64,000 nucleotides of DNA. It comes from Pseudomonadota bacterium (GTDB taxonomy: Bacteria > Bdellovibrionota_B > Oligoflexia > Oligoflexales > CAIYRB01). Below are positions 57,320 to 64,000 of the stretch, piece by piece. Position numbers and translations under genes: made by a program. The stretch is taken from contig JANOTL010000109.1 of NCBI GenBank assembly GCA_031416315.1, positions 101,929-165,928 of the forward strand, in the 5' to 3' direction. The stretch's first letter is position 1. Each line of letters opens with the position of its first letter. A model generated the notes under the pieces. That model made no database searches. It was not told the origin of the DNA and was given only the letters and a program-made list of their open reading frames with translations.

Positions 57320-59887
57320 ATGAAGGTGACTCCGCGCCTGATACTCCTGGTTCCGCTTTTCGCGTTCGGGCTCGCGCTCGGCATCAACCTTTACGTCCGT
57401 AAAGAGCACCAGCCGCTCACGGACCTCTTGCCGCGCGCTCCCGCGGACAAGGCGACCGCGACCGCCCTGAAACCCATGCTGGGCTTGGGCGCCAAGCCGC
57501 TCTCCGCCGCCGACCGTCTGTCCGATTCGCTCCTGACCGACTCCATCCTCTCGATCGTCCAGAGCTACTACGTCGACCCCGAGCGCGTCGACAACAAGAG
57601 CTTGGTGCTCACCGCCTTCAATGCCTTGAGCTCCAACCCTCGCGTCAAGTCGGGTGTCACCGGCGACTCGGTCTGGATCGAGATCGACGGCCAGCGCCGC
57701 TCCTTCGCCATGCCCGAGACCCCGCGCTATCAGGACGTGCTCGACACCTTTTCCACCGTAGCCCAGCTCCTCGACGCGGCCGGCATCGAGGTCGCCGCCG
57801 GCGAGGTCCCGGAAAAGGGTGCGCCTGGCGCGGTCATCCTCCTGAACAGCATGCTCGCCGAGCTCGATGCGCACTCGGCGCTTCTCTCCCCGGACGCCTA
57901 CAAGGAGCTGCGTCAAGGCACCGAGGGCGCCTTCGGCGGCCTGGGTGTCCTCGTCGGCATCCGTGAAAATCTCCTTACCGTCATCAAGCCCTTGCCGCGC
58001 AGCCCGGCCCAGCGCGCCGGCATCAAGAAGCACGACCGCATCTTGGGCATCGACGGCGTCGACACTTACGGCTACTCGCTCGACGAGCTCGTCGAGTACA
58101 TGCGCGGCGATCCGGGCACCGACGTGAAGCTCTCGCTTCTGCGCGAAGGCGCGCCCGGCCCCTCCGAGATCAATTTGCGGCGTGAGGTCATCCACGTCGA
58201 CTCGGTCCAGGTGAAGGAGATCGTGAAGAACGATCTGAAGGTCCTCCACCTCACCGTCGAGAACTTCGCGAGCCGCACCTCCCGCGAGGTGATGAACGCC
58301 ATCAAGCAATTCCGCGAGAAACACGGCGGCAAGCTCTCAGGCCTCGTCTTGGACTTGCGCTCGAATCCGGGCGGCCTCCTCGACCAGGCCGTGCAAATGG
58401 CGGATCTCTTCCTGCAATCCGGCGTCATCGTCTCCACCAAGGGTCGGCGCGAGGAGATCGAGTCGGCCGGCAGCGGCATCGACGAGATGGACTACCCGGT
58501 CACCGTCCTGATCGACGGCGACTCCGCCTCGGCCTCGGAGATCGTCGCCGGAGCGCTGCAGGACCATGGCCGCGCCGTCGTCATCGGGCAGCCGAGCTTC
58601 GGCAAGGGCTCCGTGCAGACCATCTTCGAGCTGCCGGGCGAGCGCGCGCTCAAGCTCACCATCGCGCGCTACTACACGCCGGTCGGCCGCTCGATCCAGA
58701 ACGTCGGCATCATCCCCGACGTGTGGCTGCAGCCGGTCTCGCGCGCCGCCGCCAATGAGAACCTCTTCGGGCCTTACCGCTACAAGAACGAGCGCTTTCT
58801 CCGCAATCACCTCGAGCTCGCCGCCGAGTCGGAGACCAAGCAGACCGAGCTGGCGCGTCTGCAGATGCATCTGCCCGTCCGCAAGGCCTACTACCTTGAA
58901 GGTGACTTGGACTCCGACGACAATCGCATCAACGACCATGAGCTCAACCTCGCCTTGCAGATGATCCGCAAGATCAGAGATACCTACGGCGATAAGATCC
59001 CCGACGGCACCAACCGCGCCTCCCACTGGCTCGGCCTCGCCGGCCCCGTCGTCAATGGCTATGCCGACAAGCTCGACCAAGAAGCGTCGGCCTTCATCGC
59101 CAAATCCCACAAGCTCGACTGGGGCCGCGCCTCCGACACCGCGGCGCGCCAGACGGCGATGTCTACGAGTGACGTTCGCATGGAGCTTGGCAACGGCGAG
59201 AACGTCAAAGCCCGCCCCGGCGAGACGGTGAAGATCCCCTACAAGCTCATCAGCCAATCCGAGCAGCGTCTCGACCGGCTCTCCGTCTTCGCGCGCTCCG
59301 ACATGCCCGGCTTCGACACGCGCGAGACGCTCGTCGGCAGCCTCGCCGCTGCGGCGACCAAAGCAGGGGAGCTCGAGGTCTGGATCCCGAACGGTTGGGA
59401 GCCGGGCCCGCTCCTCCTACGCATCGGCATCGCCTCCGACGCTTGGCCCTCGCGCAACGGCGGCTCCGATCTCCTGATTACGGTCGAGCCCCGGGAGACC
59501 CCCGAGCTGCGCGCCGACGTCAACCTCGTCGCCGAGACCGTCAAGGTCGACGGCGCGCTGGAAACCAAGGAAAAGGCCAAGCTGCGCATCAGCCTGGTCA
59601 ACGCCGGCACCGCCGTGGCGAAGGCTCTGACCGTGCGCGTCATCAACCTCTCCGGCAGCCAGGTCGTCGTCGACTCGGCCCCGCGCGAGGTCTCCGAGCT
59701 CGTCTTGGGCGTCGAGAAGGACGTGTTCGTCTCGATCGAGGGCGGCAAGGCCCTCTTCGCGCCCGACCTCAATCTCGGCCTTCTAGTCGAGAGCGCCGAT
59801 CTCAAGGCGCCGCTCCGCCAGCGCTTCACCGTCCATGCACATCCGAACGCGAAACCGACGAAGGTTTCGAATCTCCTGGGGCACTAA
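57320..59887 (+). CDS. S41 carboxyl-terminal processing protease (CtpA-like) with long C-terminal extension
   Basis: PDZ (FGGLGV, SPAQRAGI), DLRSNPGGLL, SASASEIVAGALQD, FGKGSVQ, IARYYTP. Confidence 0.93.
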   Translation: MKVTPRLILLVPLFAFGLALGINLYVRKEHQPLTDLLPRAPADKATATALKPMLGLGAKPLSAADRLSDSLLTDSILSIVQSYYVDPERVDNKSLVLTAFNALSSNPRVKSGVTGDSVWIEIDGQRRSFAMPETPRYQDVLDTFSTVAQLLDAAGIEVAAGEVPEKGAPGAVILLNSMLAELDAHSALLSPDAYKELRQGTEGAFGGLGVLVGIRENLLTVIKPLPRSPAQRAGIKKHDRILGIDGVDTYGYSLDELVEYMRGDPGTDVKLSLLREGAPGPSEINLRREVIHVDSVQVKEIVKNDLKVLHLTVENFASRTSREVMNAIKQFREKHGGKLSGLVLDLRSNPGGLLDQAVQMADLFLQSGVIVSTKGRREEIESAGSGIDEMDYPVTVLIDGDSASASEIVAGALQDHGRAVVIGQPSFGKGSVQTIFELPGERALKLTIARYYTPVGRSIQNVGIIPDVWLQPVSRAAANENLFGPYRYKNERFLRNHLELAAESETKQTELARLQMHLPVRKAYYLEGDLDSDDNRINDHELNLALQMIRKIRDTYGDKIPDGTNRASHWLGLAGPVVNGYADKLDQEASAFIAKSHKLDWGRASDTAARQTAMSTSDVRMELGNGENVKARPGETVKIPYKLISQSEQRLDRLSVFARSDMPGFDTRETLVGSLAAAATKAGELEVWIPNGWEPGPLLLRIGIASDAWPSRNGGSDLLITVEPRETPELRADVNLVAETVKVDGALETKEKAKLRISLVNAGTAVAKALTVRVINLSGSQVVVDSAPREVSELVLGVEKDVFVSIEGGKALFAPDLNLGLLVESADLKAPLRQRFTVHAHPNAKPTKVSNLLGH

Positions 59888-59892
59888 ACGTC

Positions 59893-61689
59893 ATGAAGGT
59901 CCGTCCAAGAATCGCGATCGTCGCCGGCGAGCTCACCGAGCCTAGGCTCCTCAAGCTCTTTGAGCCGCTGCGCGACATGTTCGACCCGACGATCTACGCC
60001 CTCTACCATGAGCGCCTGATCGATAAGCACGCCCGTCACGGCACCGGCATCAAGCTCCGCATCTTCGAGAACGTCCCCGATATGCCGGGCTACCTCGGCG
60101 GCCTCGAAGAGGAGCTCGCCGGCGCCGAAGCCATCGTCGCGCTCGAGACTTCACGCCTCGCCAGCTTCCAAGCCGTGCGCGCCGCGCGCAAGTACGGCGT
60201 TCCTCTCGGCATCGTCACGACCGAGCATCGCCCGTATTTCTACGAGAAATTCGCCAACATCCGCGCCATCCAGTTCGACATCGTCAACAAAGCCGAGCGT
60301 TTCTGGCCGACGACGCAGCTCGCGGCGCAGTGCCTCCGCCTCGATCAAGTCGCGCCCGACGCGATGCGCATCCTGCCCCCGGTCGTCGACCTCCAGCGTT
60401 TCAAGCCGAATCCCGAGGGCCGCGCCCGCTTTCGCAAATACATCGGGGTGGGCGAGCGCGAGCAGGTCATCCTTTACCGTCAAGACTTGCATGCGGCATG
60501 GCAACCCGACGCCGTCCTACGCGCCTTCGCGCTCCTGAACCAACGCGGTTTGGGGAAAGATCGCCCCCTGCGCCTCATCTTCTGCGGCAACGGCGCCGAG
60601 GCCATGCAGCTTAAATACGGCGCTTACGACCTCGGCCTCGGGCGCACCGTGATGTTCCTGCACCAGGATCCCGAGCCCTTTCTCGTCGACCTCTACGCCG
60701 CGAGCGACGCGATGATCTCGCCGCGCCCGCTCGGCCTCGATTTCCATGAGGATCTACCGCTGCAGATGCTGGAGGCGATGGCCGTCGGCTGCGCTCCCGT
60801 CGTGCAGGCCGGCACCGTCGCGGCCGAGCTCGCAGGCGAGGCCGCCAGCGTTTACGGCGAGGCCACGCGCGAAGCGATCGCCGCCGCGCTGACGCCGCTT
60901 TTCATGGACCAGTCCCACCTCGAGGCGATGCAGCGCCGCGCCGCGCGCAAGGTCGCCCTCGACAACGATGCCTCCGGCATGGCGGAGCTCATTTGCGCCG
61001 AGATCACTCGGCTGATCGACTGCCGCATGGCACGCCCCGACGTCGCCGCCGGCGTGCCGTTGATCCTCGCCGCGATCGAGGCCGCGCTCGTGCGCAAAGA
61101 CCTCACCGACGTGCTGCTGCAATGCGAGGAAGCCCTGCTTCTGGCGATCCCGTCGGCGAAAGATCGCGCCTCGGTCCTCCGGATGAAGGGCGAGGCCCTC
61201 TACGCGCAAGGCGACATCACGACCGCCGGCGAGGTTTTCTCGGAGAGCGCCCGCCTTTTCGACGGCGACGCCCGCACGCTGCGCGGCCTCGGCTTCGTCG
61301 CATGGCAAGGCCATTCGAACGAGGAAGCGCTGATGTTCTTCAAGCGCGCGCACGGCCTGAAGGACGACGACCTCGAGGTGATGCTCGGCTTGGGCCTCGT
61401 CTACCGCCGCCTCGGCCTCCTGGAGGAGGCGATCTTTTGGCTCGAGAAGTGCCTCGCCTCCGAGGACTACCCGTCCGCCGCTCTCTCCGCGCTCGCGCAG
61501 GCCTGCGCCCAGACGCCAAGGACCGAGCACGGCATCGAAGTGCTGGAGCGCGCGCTCGAAGTCGTCGGCGAGAGCAAGATCGTCATGATGACCTTGGGTC
61601 AGCTTTATCTGAATCAAGGCCGTAGCCGCGAAGGTCACGAGATGCTGGAAAAGGCGCTCGGCGACGTGAAAGAGAACAAGGCCTCATGA
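59893..61689 (+). CDS. GT4-family glycosyltransferase fused to TPRs
   Basis: PVVDLQRF, LIFCGNG, LYAASD, EDLPLQMLEAMAVG; C-terminal TPRs. Confidence 0.8.
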   Translation: MKVRPRIAIVAGELTEPRLLKLFEPLRDMFDPTIYALYHERLIDKHARHGTGIKLRIFENVPDMPGYLGGLEEELAGAEAIVALETSRLASFQAVRAARKYGVPLGIVTTEHRPYFYEKFANIRAIQFDIVNKAERFWPTTQLAAQCLRLDQVAPDAMRILPPVVDLQRFKPNPEGRARFRKYIGVGEREQVILYRQDLHAAWQPDAVLRAFALLNQRGLGKDRPLRLIFCGNGAEAMQLKYGAYDLGLGRTVMFLHQDPEPFLVDLYAASDAMISPRPLGLDFHEDLPLQMLEAMAVGCAPVVQAGTVAAELAGEAASVYGEATREAIAAALTPLFMDQSHLEAMQRRAARKVALDNDASGMAELICAEITRLIDCRMARPDVAAGVPLILAAIEAALVRKDLTDVLLQCEEALLLAIPSAKDRASVLRMKGEALYAQGDITTAGEVFSESARLFDGDARTLRGLGFVAWQGHSNEEALMFFKRAHGLKDDDLEVMLGLGLVYRRLGLLEEAIFWLEKCLASEDYPSAALSALAQACAQTPRTEHGIEVLERALEVVGESKIVMMTLGQLYLNQGRSREGHEMLEKALGDVKENKAS

Positions 61690-63083
61690 AAGGGATCGCG
61701 CTTGCCGCCGCGCTCTTGACGGCGTTGGTCGGCTGCCGCCATCCCGCGAGCGAGACCGCCAACGTCCTCGAGGCCGGCAGCGACACCTTCGATTACTGCA
61801 CGGGACCGCGGCCCTTCACGTTCGACTATGGCGCGCGCGATCTCTCGCTCCCGAACGCCTTCTGGCTCTCGGTTCTCGCCGCGCATGCGTACACGACGAA
61901 ACCCGTCGTCGTCGACGAGCTGAAGCGCCTCGGCTTCAAGGATCCCTTCTTCTTCGACGAGGACGGCGTCACGCGCAACGTCCTGCGCACCGGCCTTGAT
62001 TTCCGCTGGGCCAGCACGCAAGGTTTCTGGGCCGAGCGCCCCGAGGGCGTGATCCTGTCTTTCCGCGGCACCAATCCCACGGAGATGGGCGACCTCGTCT
62101 CCGATCTCATGGCGACGCAGAGCTCTCTCATGGCGATCGGCGCGCAGACCATCGGCACCGTCGCCGATGCCGCGATCGCCGCCGCGGGCGACCTTCCCGG
62201 CGGGCAGACGCAGGCTATGACGGACATCAACGTCCATAAGGGCTTCTGGCACGCCCTGGACATCGTCTGGAAGCACATCGAGACGCGCGCGACGGCGATC
62301 TACGCTGCCGAGCGGCCGAAGGAGAAGGCCGCGAAGCTCGCGCGCCTCGACGAACTCGCGACGAAGCTCGCGACCCAAGGCGAAGCGGCGCTCAAACCGC
62401 TTCTCGCCGCCGACCGCGACTGGACCATCGACGTCGCGGGCAAGCTCAAACTTCTGAAGCTTTGGCGGGTCCTCGGCAACGACCAGGCGAAGCGCTCCGA
62501 CCTCTTCGAGGTGATCGATCGCGCCTGGGCCTCGTGGCAACGCCCGTTCTTCGTCACGGGGCATTCGCTTGGCGGCGCGCTGGCGACGATCGCCAGCTAC
62601 CGCTTGATGAAGATGGGCCTCAACGTCCGCGGTCTTTACACGTTCGGCTCGCCGCGCGTCGGCAACCGCGCGTTCACCCACGACTTCCGCGTGCTCGCCT
62701 TCAACAAGGGCTTGAAGGCGAAGGGCACCCCGCAGCAATCGGGCGAAGGCGGCCTCAACCGCTTCGTCCATCGCCTGGATCTCGTCGCCCGCGTCCCGCC
62801 GGTCTTCGGCGCCACCGCCGCGGTCGACGTCACGAACATGAACGGGTTCCTCGACAAGTGGAGCCACGTCAGCAAGATGCGCTATCTCCAGGGCGACGAG
62901 CTGTGGATCGAGGGGAACGAGGCGTTCGACGCAACCTTTGCCGCGGCGAAGATCCCGGAGTACCTGGCCTTGCTCCCGGTCGAGAAGTGGAAGCAGTGGA
63001 TCGGGGATCACATGACGCCGAATTATGCGGGGAAGCTCGAGAAGCTGGCTTTTGGGGTGACGCCTTCGCCTTGTGGGCAGTAG
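61686..63083 (+). CDS. Class 3 lipase lipoprotein
   Basis: LVGC lipobox; SFRGT, VHKGF, GHSLGG, TFGSPRVGN, DLVARVPP. Confidence 0.9.
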   Translation: MKGIALAAALLTALVGCRHPASETANVLEAGSDTFDYCTGPRPFTFDYGARDLSLPNAFWLSVLAAHAYTTKPVVVDELKRLGFKDPFFFDEDGVTRNVLRTGLDFRWASTQGFWAERPEGVILSFRGTNPTEMGDLVSDLMATQSSLMAIGAQTIGTVADAAIAAAGDLPGGQTQAMTDINVHKGFWHALDIVWKHIETRATAIYAAERPKEKAAKLARLDELATKLATQGEAALKPLLAADRDWTIDVAGKLKLLKLWRVLGNDQAKRSDLFEVIDRAWASWQRPFFVTGHSLGGALATIASYRLMKMGLNVRGLYTFGSPRVGNRAFTHDFRVLAFNKGLKAKGTPQQSGEGGLNRFVHRLDLVARVPPVFGATAAVDVTNMNGFLDKWSHVSKMRYLQGDELWIEGNEAFDATFAAAKIPEYLALLPVEKWKQWIGDHMTPNYAGKLEKLAFGVTPSPCGQ

Positions 63084-63143
63084 GCCTGCGATCGCGTACC
63101 GCTCCGCTGGCAGGCGCAGCGAGATTTTTGTACGGTGTCGCCT

Positions 63144-63809
63144 ATGTTGATTTCCGAGCCCTTGACCGTCGTTCATGCCGGCGACGCCTTCGTCGCGGTC
63201 GACAAGCCAGCGGGCTGGCTGAGCGTGCCGGGCCGTCTCGGGACCGAGGATCCCCGGCCCGTGCTGGGACGGGTCCTGGAGGCGCAGCGGGCGCAGCGGG
63301 TGTGGCCGGTCCACCGTCTCGACGTGGAAGTGTCGGGGCTGATCGTTTTCGCCTTGAGCGCCGAGGCGCACAAGGCGGCGAGTCTGTGGTTCGAGGGTCG
63401 TTCGGTCCGTAAGCTTTACCAGGCTTTGACGGAGGGTGAAGCGCCTCCGACGCTCGGACCGGAGCTCTGGACCTCGAACCTCGTACGCGGCAAGAAGCGG
63501 AGTTTCGACGCGCCGCATGGGAAGCGGGCGGAGACGCGCGCGCAGTGCCTAGGAGCGAAACAGGACCGTGCAGGTAGGGCAGGGGTCGGCTGGGAGCTGG
63601 AGCCGCTCACGGGGCGGTCGCATCAGCTCCGGTTCGAGCTGGCGCGGCACGGACACCCGATCCTCGGGGACGTGCTATACGGGGCAAAAGAATCCTGGGA
63701 CGAGGGAGCGATCGCATTGCGGGCGGTGCGCTTAAATCTGGAAGGATGTGCGGGGCGGGAAGAGTTTGGGCTGCCCGCCGTGCTCGAGGTCCCCGGCCTC
63801 TTCGCTTAA
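63144..63809 (+). CDS. RluA family pseudouridine synthase
   Basis: VDKPAG, VHRLD, TGRSHQLR, HPILGDVLYG. Confidence 0.93.
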   Translation: MLISEPLTVVHAGDAFVAVDKPAGWLSVPGRLGTEDPRPVLGRVLEAQRAQRVWPVHRLDVEVSGLIVFALSAEAHKAASLWFEGRSVRKLYQALTEGEAPPTLGPELWTSNLVRGKKRSFDAPHGKRAETRAQCLGAKQDRAGRAGVGWELEPLTGRSHQLRFELARHGHPILGDVLYGAKESWDEGAIALRAVRLNLEGCAGREEFGLPAVLEVPGLFA

Positions 63810-63832
63810 ACCAGCCTTCCTGAGTTCTCTAA

Positions 63833-64000
63833 GAGGGTGTCTAAAAAGGCGCGGGACGTAGGTTTACGGTCCCGCGATCCGCAACCGCTGACCGCTTGCG
63901 GCATTCCGCGGTCCGTGCTCCGCCGACCGCTTTCTGCCTGCCGCTGACGGCATGCTGCTAGCCGCATGTCCGTGCTCCGCGCTGCCGGCCCAACCATTTT
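63833..64000. mobile_element. Second, longer copy of the MITE-like element, running off the window
   Basis: TAA then GAGGGTGTCTAAAAAGGCGCGGGAC; 63827-63876 is the exact reverse complement of 14918-14967. Confidence 0.6.

Noticed and set aside
1..64000. CRISPR arrays, tRNA/rRNA, integrase, transposase or prophage genes
   Set aside because: No regularly spaced direct repeats, tRNA/rRNA signatures or such proteins recognised by eye; a covariance-model scan was not possible

Overview
High-GC (roughly 65-70%) bacterial DNA whose gene content suggests a Bdellovibrionota/Oligoflexia-like organism (inference from gene content only). The centre of the window is a ~38 kb envelope locus. It contains a MotA/MotB stator pair downstream of an unusual signal-peptide-bearing protein with a FliF-ring-like periplasmic part, a TM helix and FliG middle and C-terminal (torque) domains. 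No other flagellar genes are in view. The locus also holds a HAMP-PP2C phosphatase, TPR and PEGA lipoproteins, OM beta-barrels, a DsbA-like oxidoreductase, and a ~7,660-aa Cys-rich lipoprotein (FN3-like head, about 50 Ig-like repeats, 7-blade RCC1 tip) transcribed divergently from a short paralog of its own head. Both of those genes have sigma28-like promoters. The best candidate for a new system is a non-flagellar ion-driven rotary motor possibly coupled to a giant surface adhesin. Flanks encode MBOAT/SGNH acylation genes, a split Lol-like ABC system, orn, DsbA, PilZ, NamZ, SOUL, heme oxygenase, CtpA, GT4, lipase and RluA. Non-coding signals include two copies of a MITE-like element, a switchable 5' leader and a rod-like ncRNA candidate. 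Many starts were re-called from the ORF track; all domain calls are by eye.
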